NCBI GenBank assembly: GCA_977017575.1
Contig: CDRNVI010000043.1
Location: 682,001-746,000, forward strand
Direction: 5' to 3'
DNA length: 64,000 nt
Source: Paramoeba atlantica
Lineage: Eukaryota > Protista > Discosea
Shown here: piece by piece, positions 1 to 11,700 of the stretch
Position numbering within the stretch: the stretch's first letter is position 1
Layout: each line of letters starts with the position of its first letter
The notes under the pieces: generated by a model
Told to the model about the DNA's origin: nothing
What the model saw: the letters and a program-made list of their open reading frames with translations, nothing else
The model's database searches: none
Made by a program: the position numbers and the translations under genes

Positions 1-3000
1 GATTTGATTTGTTGTCTCTGACTTCCGCTAGCGTCCGCAAGTGCTGAGAGCAGGGATTGCGTGTTCGTGTGCATCGCGCCTCCTGACAGGATGGGGATAC
101 ATTGAAAGGAGCTTTCCGATATTTTTCCAGATTTCACGTATGTGTCGTGTTTGCGCTTGGAGGCCTCTCGAAACAGCTGGGCGCATTTCGTCGCAAGATT
201 GGAGGGAGCGAGTTCATGTACAACGGTTAGGTCGTAATATATTTCCCCACTTGCCCAATAGATAACGAGATCTGGCCCGGACCGACGGAAAGATCTGCCT
301 CCACATGCTCGTTCGTGGGTCCGTTTGTGGTTTGGTTCAACCATCTCGTTGCATTGTGTGCAACGGAGGGTGGAAAAAGTTCGAGGCTCCTTTTCACACG
401 GAATGCCGGTTTTTAAACACAATTCGTATAGGAAGTTGACCAGGGTGCTGTGCTTTACCGTTGCGTTTAAACCAGCGCATTTTGAGCATCCTGTAATATG
501 ACGTATCATGTTGTCAGAATTCAGAAGAATTTTGCACCCTGGACAAATAATATGGGAGGGCAAATCCGGATGTGCAATTCCAAGTCTCGGCATTATGGCA
601 AGTCGGAAGAGGTGGGGTGGAATTAATTTTGTGTCCGACAGTACCCACTCGCTGTTTCCTTTGAATGCTACTTTCTCGAGTATTTTGGACATGTCCGATG
701 TGCCGCTTGTCAATTTCTCCCAGGTTCTAGAGTGTATCTGGGCTGCCGTAGTTGTTGTGTCATTGGGAGGAATATTTGTGTGCTGCTGGTCGTGGGCGCT
801 TTGTATTTCGAGGTTGTCGGTCCGAGCTGAGTTGTTCACTTGTTGCTCAAGAACCGAGTACCTGGATGATTCATATGCTGCCCTTCTTGTCGTTGCGCAT
901 GCTGTTAATCCTAAGCCCCCTTTCTTCGTTGGCATGCGTATTAGCGACATTTGTTCTTCATTTAATTCTCCGAACCACGATTCGACCACTTTCTCAGTTT
1001 CCGTGTCAAAGCCCTCCGCTGAATTTTCGGAGGCGGCGGGATTGTGAACACGCATATGATATGTCTGTCTTACATTGACACACTTGGAGAGAATCTTGCA
1101 TGACAGGTTGCTAGGGCCCATGCGCTTGAGTCGACGGAATATGTCATTGTGTTTCTCCAGCGACTTCGACAAACATTGACTCACAACTTTATCATCTCCA
1201 ACGAACGCTCCCAGTACTTTGAACGCCTCGTCTTCCCCCGTGACTCCCGCGTCTCGAAGTACGTGTGGCATACGCTTTTTCCGTTTCCCACCGAACCATA
1301 TGCATCTGTGGCTCGCCACAAATAAGCTTTGATGCGTCAGTAGCTCGCGGAGGTATAGGAAAGCATCTGTCAACTCTTCGGGGCTGTGAGAAGCTAGTGT
1401 GATGTCGTCAACATAGGCATTTATTTTAACTTTCGGATACTTTGCCGCCAGAGTTTCCAACACTGGTTGAAGCAACGCGCAGAAGTACACCGTCGAAAGG
1501 GTCGAGCCTTGTCTTACTCCGTTCGTACTTAGAATGGTACCGACGTGCTTGCCTTCGTGACCGTAATAGAGAAGTTCTGAAGGAGCTGCGTACTCGGCAT
1601 GAAAGAATCTTTGGAATGGTCGAAGTGTCGCCAATCCGTAAACTGCTCTGGCCAGGTCATTTCTTGATGGGGCGTTGAACGCGTTCTTGACGTCGATTGA
1701 CATGATACATGAACCTTCCTTGTATAGGGAATTCAATGTATGTACAACCCTTTCGCAGCCGGACTTCGCCATCACTCCCTGTTGTATCGGAGCGAAAAGT
1801 GGTTGGAGAGTGACTTCGAAACGTTGCACCAAAACCAAACCTGCTAGTTTCATTATCACTTCCCCAACTGCCACTGGACGGACACCCCCATTGGTCTTGG
1901 GTATTGCAATGAGTCTTGATCTCGTTAACCGCCGCATTACGTCTTTTGAGAGAAAGCCATTCACAAGGTCCATGAGCATATGACAGAAATTCGCACAACA
2001 GACGGGATCATCTATCAGGATACGGACGATCGTGTCTGTCATTCCCGTGGGCCCCGGGCTGGCTCCCTTGGCGAGGCGTAACCCGGCGGAACTCAGTGGG
2101 ATGCAGACCACCGAGAATCGGTGCGTCTCTGGGAAGATCGAATTCATAAGAGCTTTGCGGGTGGAGGTCTTGGAGTTTTTGTAAAGTTTCTTTGTCCGAA
2201 AGTTGATGTGCAGCGAACTTACGATCTAGTATTTGCGTTGCTTTTTTTGTGGACCCCTCTATCATTAGTCGAGTTGCTTTTTTAATGGCCCGTTTATCGG
2301 TCTTTTCTTCCTTGGATTCTTCGTTCTCGCAAGTGTTCATTTCACAGCTCAAAGGCCGTCGACGGCTTCTTCGGATACCAGCTCGTTGAATATCCGCGAG
2401 GGAAGTCTTCATCGCTGACAGGACACTGTGCCAAATTTTGTATCTCTCGGGGTATGAACTTTGAATGTATTCGCTCATGATTTCACGAAACGTTGCTATA
2501 ACTCCTGGTATTGATTCGGGTTTTATGACTCGTGCTGTCGGAATGGGTGTGTGATCCAAGTCATCGTCACTCCACTCTAGGACCGGTAGAGCGGCTGGCA
2601 CTGGCGAGGCAACGTTTTCAGGCTCGGTGGGTGACTTGGGTGTCGGAGGTGCAGTGTGCCAGTACAACTTGTAGATTCTGACGGTGTCATGAGAGGGGAT
2701 AGTTCCTGAGAATTCTTGGTCGGGTTTATGGCCTACGACTCCCGTGTACTGAATTGACAGTTTGCCGAAGCCTTTTCTTTTGTAAATGCTGGTTACTCTC
2801 CCGATCGAGACGTTCATCCGTTCTTGATTGTCGAAGGCCCACGCAACAGTGCACATGGTGCCCTTTTTGATGCTTTGTGATGCGTTCCAAATTTCCGTGG
2901 CAGGAACCGGATATTGAAGCTGCGGGGAGAGTTGCGATAGTGATTCGCAAATCTCATTGGAGTCAACTTGCTCGGCGAATATGACTGTCTGAGCTGAATT

Positions 3001-4374
3001 GCAGTTGCGGCGCTCTGGATCAGTACAATTTGCCGATTCACTACTTTGTTCTTGAGTTGGTACGGTTGGCTCCGTCTTTGAATTGTTAATTTCGTCAACA
3101 TTGTTGGCTTCTAAACTCGTATCCAAAATTCGGTCCTTTGGTGTTTCGAAAGGGAGTGGGAGAGGACTGGGAAGCTCGTTAGGCTCGCCTTGCGGGCCTC
3201 TGTTTGACTTCGAGAGTATGCTATTTGAGATTTCAACCTCATGGATCGAGTGGCGAGTTCCGTCCAATGGGGTCGAAAGAGAGGGGGATACGCAATCGTA
3301 GAAGTTATCTCCCGTTGCATTTGCGTCTGGCTCTGTTTCCTGTGGGTGTTTCGGTGAGCACGCCTCGCTGTCATTGGAGGATTGTTTATCGAAGCGCGTG
3401 GGTGTAGTGTGTGTTGTCGGTGTTTCCTTCTGTTTCGTTGTCGGCGTTTCAACGTTATTCGTCCTCACTGTTTCAACCTCTGGCGCGTCGGAAAAGATAT
3501 CGAATCCGCGGACGTCATGAAACCATCCGTCTCCGTGGTTGGAATATCCGTTAACATATTGACTTTTCGGTGGGCTCTCATTTGTATTCGACAATGGTAT
3601 TCCTTGGAGGGTCAGAAGTCCCTTCCATACGGTCTTCCCAACCACTCCGGCAACTTTCCCAATGGTAGCTAACCGATTCGACCCACTTGTTTCTTTGTTT
3701 TTCTTGTCGTCCTTTTTGGATGGCCTGCCTTCCATTTCTTTCTCCGTTGTTTCCTTCGCGGCCGATTTTTTTGCGGCGGCTTCTTTTGCGGCGGCTTTCT
3801 TCGCGGCATCTTCCTTCACGGCGGCCTCCTTCGCGGCGGCTTCCTTTTCTTTTAAATCTTTCAACAGGTCATAGAAGGATTTGTATCGCGTGCCACTTCG
3901 ACGAATAATAATTTTCCCGGGCGAGGAGCTCGCTTTTGGTGACGAGTTTGCACTTTCTTTCGGCGGCATTTCAGACATTGGCTCCCTCGACTTCGGAGAG
4001 GTAGCTCTGAAGCTTTCTGGCGGTGTATTCTGCGGCAAAGGTAGTGATCGCTGCCGCGGTGAAGAGGGAGAGGGTAACTGTGACGGCGGCGGCGGAAGCG
4101 ACGGTGACTGTGCACGCGTAGGCTGAGGAGTTGACCGCGACCGCCATAGCGGGGATAAATGTGGCTGTGATGGCGACGTCGCCGACGGTGCGGAAGGTGA
4201 AGGCGGAGACTTCTGTGGGGATGGAGTGCTCGGCGGCGCTCGGCGGGTCACGTTAGGGGGCGGAGAGTTCGGGGTGATGGGGACCGGCTTCTTTCTGCGG
4301 CGGGCGGGGGCGAGAGGCAAAATCTCAGGAGCTACTCCTGTTTCTTTGGCCATGGAGCGAGTGACCACTCCCAT
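1..4374 (-). pseudogene. G1 polyprotein (disordered N-terminus, beta-barrel-like domain, RT, Zn knuckle, RLE) with a frameshift near 2080
   Basis: The 788-aa ORF leaves homology to B1 at PTEFRRV. RT motifs continue in another frame down to position 1 (manual translation). Confidence 0.8.
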
Positions 4375-4407
4375 AAAAGTATTAAGAAAAAAGAAGAAAT
4401 CAACAAG
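1..4407 (-). mobile_element. CRE/SLACS-clade RLE non-LTR retrotransposon, B-type copy G1 (3' end runs off the window start)
   Basis: ORF 2008..4374 starts MGVVTRSMAKETGVAPEIL like B1. After a frameshift the minus strand reads RLAKGASPGPTGM, GVRPVAVGE, GVRQGSTLS, AYVDD and SGPDLVIYWASGEIYYDLTVVHE. The 5' end carries SL remnant CTTGTTG (4401-4407). Confidence 0.9.
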
Positions 4408-4439
4408 ATGTCCAGCGGCCGACGACGGCGGCGTCTTCC

Positions 4440-4472
<33 letters not shown>

Positions 4473-5580
4473 TTTCTCTTTGAAAATGGAGAGACGGGCG
4501 AGACGTGATCTCCTTTACCCCCCATTATGTTCCCTCTACCTTATATCCCATACCGTAAACTTATAATAGCTATATTAATTATACTTTTTTTTTTCTTCAA
4601 GTTTCCAATGTTTTTGTTTTTAATGTCAAATTCTAGAGGCCCATGTTTTGTGAATCGTCATTAGATAAATAATTTCTCAGCTGAGAGAATATAATCGACC
4701 CATTTAACTCCTGCAGGCACAGAGAAAATTCGTTCAGTGTTCGGACCCTATCAAGTCCGCTGCAGTCCGCCAACGTATGCAACAAGTGCCGGAGCCCGTG
4801 ATGCATAGCACCACCGGAGAGGACTGGGAGGCATACGAAACGCTCTTGAGGTATCATCCCGGAAGCCACGTATGTGCTGTGCTTGCGCGTAATGGCCTCT
4901 CTCATCAGGGTACCGCTACGTTTCCGTGCATTAGTGGGCGCCAGCTCGTGAATTATTGTTAGGTCATAAAAGATTTCCCCAGTTGCCCAATGTATTACAA
5001 TGTCAGGTCCTGACCGATGGAGGCTCGCATTTCTACAAACTTTTTGATGATCAGTTTTTCGCCATTGTGGGAACGATTCCCCGCATGTAGAGCATTTAAA
5101 AGAAGTAAACTGTCGAGGTTCCCTTTCGCATGGCACACCCGCCTTCATGCACAGTTCATAGATAATACGCACCAGATTATTATGTTTCATTGTTGTATTA
5201 TTTCCGGAACACTGGACGCATCCAGCTATGTGCGAAAAGGCTGATGAAGAATCCAGAAGGGTGCGACATCCTGGGCATTGCAGACTTTCGGGAATACGAG
5301 GGTGGCTTAGACCAAGACGTGGCATCAAAGCTAATGTGAAGAATTTGGAAGGCACTAACTTTGCCGTCGAATGAAGCCACGCGGAGTTCCCTTTTTCACT
5401 TGCTGCTCTCAGCACTGGTGCAACTTACTTCGGCTAGGGGGGACCTTCGATGAGTACTCATCGTAAGTTGTAGACTTTCGATGAGTCTCACGGAAAGTTG
5501 TAGACTTTCGATGAGTACTCATCGAAGGTGTTTTTGACTTTTTCACTTTTTCGTATTTTACTAAATTTTTGCGAAGGCTC

Positions 5581-5856
5581 AACTGTGAGCGTAGCCCTGG
5601 GACATAATAATATTTTTTGGCGACCCGTGCGCTCCAGCGCGCGGGTCGCGCACTGAGAACCTGTGTCTACCCCTTCCGCAGGATTGTCCAGAGGCAAGGC
5701 CCAACTGTGAGCGTAGCCCTGGGACATAATAATATTTTTTGGCGACCCGTGCGCTCCAGCGCGCGGGTCGCGCACTGAGAACCTGTGTCTACCCCTTCCG
5801 CAGGATTGTCCAGAGGCAAGGCCCAACTGTGAGCGTAGCCCTGGGACATAATAATA
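5581..5856 (+). repeat. 122-bp tandem repeat, ~2.3 copies, with a GC-rich hairpin
   Basis: AACTGTGAGCGTAGCCCTGGGACATAATAATA recurs at 5581, 5703 and 5825. Confidence 0.9.
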
Positions 5857-5877
5857 TGTCCTGATATCCATAATAAT

Positions 5878-5974
5878 ACTCCTGATTCTTTTGCTTTGGA
5901 GCGTGTGAACACTCCCATGAAAGGTAAAAAAAGTAAATAATCAACAAGGTACAGAAACTGTATCTTTATCGTTA
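5878..5974 (-). mobile_element. 5' stub of a B-type CRE element (SL + short pyrimidine-rich UTR + first ~13 codons)
   Basis: Minus strand reads TAACGATAAAGATACAGTTTCTGTACCTTGTTG-ATTATTTACTTTTTTTACCTTTC-ATG, then GVFTRSKAKESG. Confidence 0.85.
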
Positions 5975-6428
5975 GAAATTCACGTCGGGGCACCTACTTC
6001 ATTGAAATACAACTTCTAAAATCTGAAATATGAACCTACTTAAATTCTTGTAGATGTGAAAACCGTACTATGAAATATACAATTTCGTACCTTCTTCCTT
6101 CAAATCAAGCTATGAAAAATAAGCGCTTGTCTAGAAATATCATGAGAAAATCAAAAACTATATTGTTTGTAGATGATACTAAGTGAACGGGTTTTACGTC
6201 CGGATCCGCCGCCAACCGTTTTCCGTCCGGATCCGCCGCCAAATGGCGGGGGCCGGTGGGTGGGTAACTCGTAGTACTTAGCAAAACTTGAAGACTACTA
6301 TCAAAATATATAAAATATTTATTTCCATGTATCACTGTAGAAACTATTCATAAATAAAACGTACAATGCCCGTCGGCCAATTTTCATCACTATAAAGCCC
6401 CTCCTAAATTTCCTTCCGTGAACTTCTA
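5975..6428 (-). mobile_element. Solo terminal-repeat remnant (A + spacer + B) of a VIPER-like element
   Basis: Ends (gaaattcacgtcgggg ... cctaaatttccttccgtgaacttcta), the gtacaatgcccg motif and the G-rich spacer match the terminal repeats at 31792-32578 and 46027-46662. Confidence 0.75.
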
Positions 6429-7981
6429 AAGATTATTGTACGTGTGCTTCTCTCTAGATTCGTGGGAAGCAATTTGCGAAGCCCAACTACCTTGATAAAA
6501 AATTTTAGTACCAATTCGTGGGAAGCAATTGGCGAAGCCCAACTACCTTGATAACAAATTTTAGTACCCATTTTGGCCGCGCGGGGGCCCCCGCGTGAGC
6601 GGGGGTGCGCGCGGCCGCGAAACGGCGAGGGCCCGCGTGAGCGGGCCTGAGCCGTACCCCGCCTAGGATTCCCCTGTGCGTCGTTAGTGGGAAGCAATTT
6701 GCGAAGCTCATTTTCGCGAAGCTCACTGAATTTCGTAGTTTTCGCTGCGCAGGCGTTGTCAACTTATAGTGAAGTGTTATATAGCGAAGTGTAGGATACT
6801 GAACGCACGGAAAATGAAAATCAAAAAAAATTCTTGGGTGTTCCACAAAAGTCCTTGACTTATGCAAAAGTCCTTGACCTCCACCGTAAATTTCCGTTCG
6901 TTGAGTACTCAACGAACGTACCCCCAACCCAAAATCTCTATTAGAGTCGCTCAAAAACGCTTCGATGAGTACTCATCGAAGCTCCCCCCTACCCCAATTT
7001 TCGGGTCCTTACTCAACGATTCTTTAATGGCTCTGTTAAGCTTTGCTTCAGTTACAAATTCATCGTGGGGAGGGGTTATCTGATCTTCATTTCCCACCGG
7101 CGATGGAGACGTGAGACTGGGTGCTCGAACTGAATAGGAATTAAGTCGTTCAAGAGCACTGTGGCTTGATGCTTCATACGCCGATTTTCGCAAGAGATCA
7201 GTGGGCGTTAACCCCAATCCTCCGCTCTTCACAGGTAGACGCGCCCAAGCAATTTGCTTTGGTGTCATCGATCCAAACCATGCAGTAAGAACTTCTTGCA
7301 CTTGCTTGTCAAAAGATTTTGCCATTTCAAAAGTTTCTTCTGGTCGATGGACCCTTATATGGTATCGATGTCGTACATTAACACATCGCGACAGGAGGAG
7401 AAGCGAAACGTTGTTTGCTCCCATGTCACAAAGCCGCCGAAAAATAGTTAGATGCTTTTCAAGCTTGGCAAGAAGCAGCTCACTGACTCTGTCTGCTTCC
7501 CCTACGTAGGCTCCTAATGTTTTGACTGCCTTTTCCGCTATCTGAACGCCTTCATTCGCTAGACTTTCGGGTAGGCGAATATTGTTCAGACCGCTAAACC
7601 ATACACACTTTTGAGGGGCAAGGCAGATTTCTTTGCTTAGAAGAAGTTCTTTGAGGCGAACATAGGCAGCTGCAACAAGATCTTCCTCAGTTGACGCAAT
7701 ATTGATATCATCAACATAAGCGTATATATGTAGCATGGGAAATTCTTGTGCAATTGTCTCCAGTTTTGGCTGAAGAAAGGAGCAGAAGTATAGTGTCGAC
7801 AACGGCGACCCTTGGCGAACTCCAGCCGAACTTTCAACTGTTGAAAACAGTTCCCCGTTCTTTCCGTAAAAGAGGAGTTCAGACGCTGCCCCATATTCGG
7901 CAACAAATAGTCGCTGAAAAGGCCGAAGGGCGCTAAAAGCAAAAATTGCTTTTGCAATCTTTTTTTTTTTGAATTTTTTTT

Positions 7982-8145
7982 GCAATTAATAAGGGGGGAG
8001 AAGTATGAATCGCGGCATTGCCTCTATAATTTGACCCAGTAGACGAACCAAGTACATAGTAGGTCCATTAGGGGGGTATATGAATTTAAAACAAGCAATC
8101 AAATTAGCAATTCTTTTCATTTCCACAGAAGTATATTTTCTTGAA
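7982..8145 (-). mobile_element. 164-nt 3'-end stub of an A-type sister subfamily, with its own poly(A)
   Basis: Diverged copy of the A1 3' terminus (8165-8290), flanked by T-runs at 7974-7981 and 8146-8164. Confidence 0.8.
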
Positions 8146-8389
8146 TTTTTTTTTTTTTTTTTTTGCGATTAATAAGGGGGGAGAAGTATGAAACGCGGCA
8201 TTGCCTCTATATTACCCAATACATGAACCATGAAGGTCCATTGGGGGGGGTATATGATTTGTAAACAAGCAATCAAATTAGCAATTTCACATGTTGTAGC
8301 CCAAAACTAGTAATTCAACCTGCCTTAAGTTATTTATGATTCTGATAACAATAATAATAAAAAAGGAAGCAATCCACGCCCAATCCATT

Positions 8390-8620
8390 CGCGCGTTCCG
8401 GACCGGGTCTTTCGACCTCACCACGGCCTGACTTGTGGACCCTTCCCTTGTTATATGGGAGGGCGCAGGCGCGGGCCTGTGTCGACAGCGACACGGTCGC
8501 GGAACAGGAAGCTGGTCGACGGGGAGGAGATTCACTACCCGTGTACTACCTCACTTGGGGTACCTAGCCCTCGGCGAGCTAGGCGTGAGCATAGACTCTG
8601 TCGACTCGACCAGCTTCCAG
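8390..8620. ncRNA. Conserved structured RNA element in the A1 3'UTR (function unknown)
   Basis: Several helices with compensatory changes relative to 47325-47560 and 46850-47035. Confidence 0.65.
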
Positions 8621-8716
8621 ATCAGTTGTTTCCGAGGGCGCTAACGTGGGCCTGTGCCGACAACGGTGTGGTTAGGAAACGATTATCCCACGAGGGCTAC
8701 TTACTCCGTTACCAAG

Positions 8717-11700
8717 CTATTGCTCGATCAGCGGAGTGGGAAGGTCGTCTACCGGCATTCTTGATATCATCATACGTGCCTGGCGACGCATCAGCGTTAT
8801 GTTCAAGTCTGTGACGAGCTGTAGCGTAGCTGCTCCGTCACTGAGAATGCCGTTGGACGCTTTGGCCCGACGTTCTCCTACTTTCCGAAGTACTGCTAAG
8901 GCACTAGAGCTCCAAGAGCCGTAGCTCTCTACGACCATTGCTGTGAAGTCGCTTCCCGCCGACTCAGATTCACGGCGCTGTCGAGCTTTCTGGTCGGAGG
9001 CGTAGTGCTCAGCGAAAGATCCCGCGGCCACCCAGCTAGCATTTCGGACTGTGTCCGTGTATTTTGATTGCTGGGCGTGAGTGACCGCGAAGTCAAGCAC
9101 TATAGGTTTTCCGAGGAAGAGGCTCGGCATGAAGACGTCCCCCGGTCTGGTCAAGGCACCCCCTGGGCCCCTATTCCCGAGGCTTTTCTCGCGCTGGGGT
9201 GCTAGGTGGGCCTGGCTGCAGGTGGCAGCAAACTGATCGACTAACGAGTGGTGTCGCCGGATGATACCTTCCCCATGCTTACACGTGAGAGCATGGTCTC
9301 CGTGTATGTCAAGGGGGAGCGTGCAGTTCTCCCTGGGGCATTTTGATTCTTCCCCGTAGACTGGTACCCCCAACCACCAGCGGGACAAGGTACGGAATTC
9401 TGTTGGGGTGAAGGCGTGACCAGTGTCTTTGGATGGCGTTACGAAAGCCCAGCTATTGGCCCCTTTCCCGCTCTGGGAGACCCAACGTGCGCGAGTCCTG
9501 GCGTCAGCCTTTTCATAAGCTCGCGAAAATTCCGTAGCCGAAATCGCGTGGCTTATGTCCCTTTGGCGGGGGATACCCTTTTTCGCCCAGTACGGCAGCT
9601 TCGCGTCAAAGCAATCCTCCGTTGCATACAATGGGCATGACGTAGGGGGGAGATCATCGGGTGACAAGGGGGGGCGATCGTGTGGAAGGGAAGGGGGATT
9701 CGCAGATGAAGTAGGATCATGGGTATCCGGCTGGCGTGGGCGCTTTGCGGGGCGATGCCTCGGAGGAAATTCTTCGCATTTGTGGTGCGGGATAGTGCAC
9801 ACACGGCCACTTGAGTTGAGAAGCTTGGTGCCAACCTTCGCGTTTATGTCGTCAATAGATGATAGAAAGCCTTCTACTTCGGATGGATCCCAAGAGTCCA
9901 TGTCTGCTGCAAAAGCAACCGAGGAAACGTAGGCTGAGGTTGCGTGAAAGGATGCTGACCGTAACCCGAATCCTCCGTGTTTTTTCAGGCGCTGAATTTG
10001 GGACCGTGCAGAGGGAGGCAAGGGGCATAAACATGACTCTACCGCGTGCATGAGAAAATCATCCAGACGCTCGCATAAAAGTGTAAGTGATTGTGGTGGG
10101 GTCGTGCGGAGAGCGTGGACCATTTTGCAGAACCCGGCGCATTGCCGAATAAGCGCCATTGAAACCTGTGGGTCTTTGATTCTAGTTATAGCTTCTAACG
10201 CCGTTTCTGCTGGTTCAATGGCGTGCGTTGTCAGGTATTCGGAGCAATACTCTGGGGATCCAATCGGACTTCCTAGAACGCTAAAGTCGCCACGTACGTT
10301 GATTTTGGTGTCCGGTATGTCGGGAAACAAATTTGTCACGTTAGCCGAGGCAGGGGAGGTAATGATTTCACACTTCGACATGTTCAAGTGCAAGCCCCAG
10401 CGAGGGCCTACCCTGGCGATCGTGTCCAGTGCATTTCTGGTGTCTTGGGCCTTGCCTATGAGAACCCCGTCGTCAAGGTACCATAATTGTAGGTCCAAGT
10501 CGGCCTGGTGATTGATTTCGTTTGCTAATTCCAGGGCGACCAGGGAGAAGAAAAGAGGTCCGAGGGGGTACCCTTGTTGGACACCTTCGTCCGATAGGAG
10601 CGTGTGGGTTCGGTAAGTCAATGCACTAGTGGTGGTATAGCACCAGCTTGCCCATGGGAATAATTCTGGGAAGTGCTCGCTTACAAGCTTCAGGAAGGCG
10701 GTTCTGCTAACGTTGTTAAAGGCGTTTCTGAGGTCTACTTTGCAAAGAACAAAGTCAGGGTTATCAGTGTGGATGGCCATGGCTTGTCGACAAGTGTGGA
10801 TTATGCGTTCAGCTCCGACTGGTGTCGCCACTCCGAACTGTAGCCCTGCGAATATGCCGCTTGCCTTGGCTTTAACTACGTTGCACGCAGTTTTGCTGAC
10901 CAATCGACGAATAGTTTCCCCCGCAGCTATGGGTCGGACGTCGTTTTCGCCCTTTTCTAAGGCGCAAAGTCTGGCTCCGGCGAAATACGGTTGAACCTCT
11001 AGAGGGGCTTTACCGGCTAGAAGGTGATTTACGAGGTTTGTAATAGCTTTGAGAGGTTTCGTAGTGTTGTCTACCTGCGCTAGGAGTGCCACTTGTAGGT
11101 GTTCTGGGCGTAGGCCCATGGTTCCGGCGGAGGAGCCTCGGTGAAAGCTTTTGATGGTTTTCGCGACTGTCGCTTCATCTACCTGTAAGGGCGCTGTTGG
11201 TGGGGGGGTGTAATCGATGGCGTCGCTGTCTGAAAGGCGGCACGGGTGTTTGTTCTGAAGCTTGATATACGTTTCTTCGTCGTCAGGAGCCATTGGGTCA
11301 GCCGTGAGTGCTGCCATTCCTCTTGAGTACTCGCCTTGTCGAACCAGCAATTCTGACCGGATGGCAGCTTTTTCCTCCTCATCGTGAACTATGTTAGGGG
11401 TTGCGGATTGCTTTTTGAGGGCGTTGTTTACTGTATCATTCCACAAGGGTACGTAATCTTGCGCCAGCCATCGGTTCATGCACTTTTCGACGAATGATGC
11501 GTATGTTGTGTGATTCTTGCGTCCTCCTCGGTGCGGAGCTGGTAGGAGACACTTCGGGAGCATAGCGAATAACGTCCACGCGGCGGGGGAGTTTTCCTTG
11601 ACTGCGTTTTCGGCCGTTTTTGTTAAGATTTCTCCCCAAAGATGACGGCATCGGGCGGGGACGTCTTTGCAAGTGCTCAATTGTGTCTGAGAAATAGAGG

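Larger units (their letters stand above)
5426..6999. mobile_element. Non-autonomous TIR (MITE-like) element with palindromic subterminal repeats, itself carrying nested inserts
   Basis: 28/29-nt inverted repeat TAGGGGGGA(C/G)CTTCGATGAGTACTCATCG at 5435-5463 and 6963-6991. It interrupts the H ORF. No clean TSD and no transposase. Confidence 0.65.
4585..7960 (-). mobile_element. 3' half of B-type CRE element H (RT C-half + RLE + 3'UTR + poly(A)), interrupted at 5426-6999
   Basis: ORF 6951..7985 (GVRQGSPLS, AYVDD) and ORF 4633..5415 (CPGC, CSTC, SGPDIVI) are colinear with B1 across the insert: ESLSKDPK|VAPVLRAASEKG vs ALKDHDPK|LATILNATTRKG. T-run at 4585-4594. Confidence 0.85.

Noticed and set aside
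3740-3850. (EAAAK)-like 15-bp repeat in G1
   Set aside because: An ordinary low-complexity expansion in a disordered region, absent from the other copies.
5446-5526. GATGAG...CGAA resembling a hammerhead ribozyme core
   Set aside because: It lacks CUGANGA and the three-stem junction. It is a perfect DNA palindrome within a TIR.
8550-8590. CTCACGCCT (Alu/7SL-like) and CCCCAA (Tetrahymena telomerase template-like) in the 3'UTR motif
   Set aside because: The matches are too short. CTCAC pairs locally with GTGAG and no other SRP or telomerase features are present.
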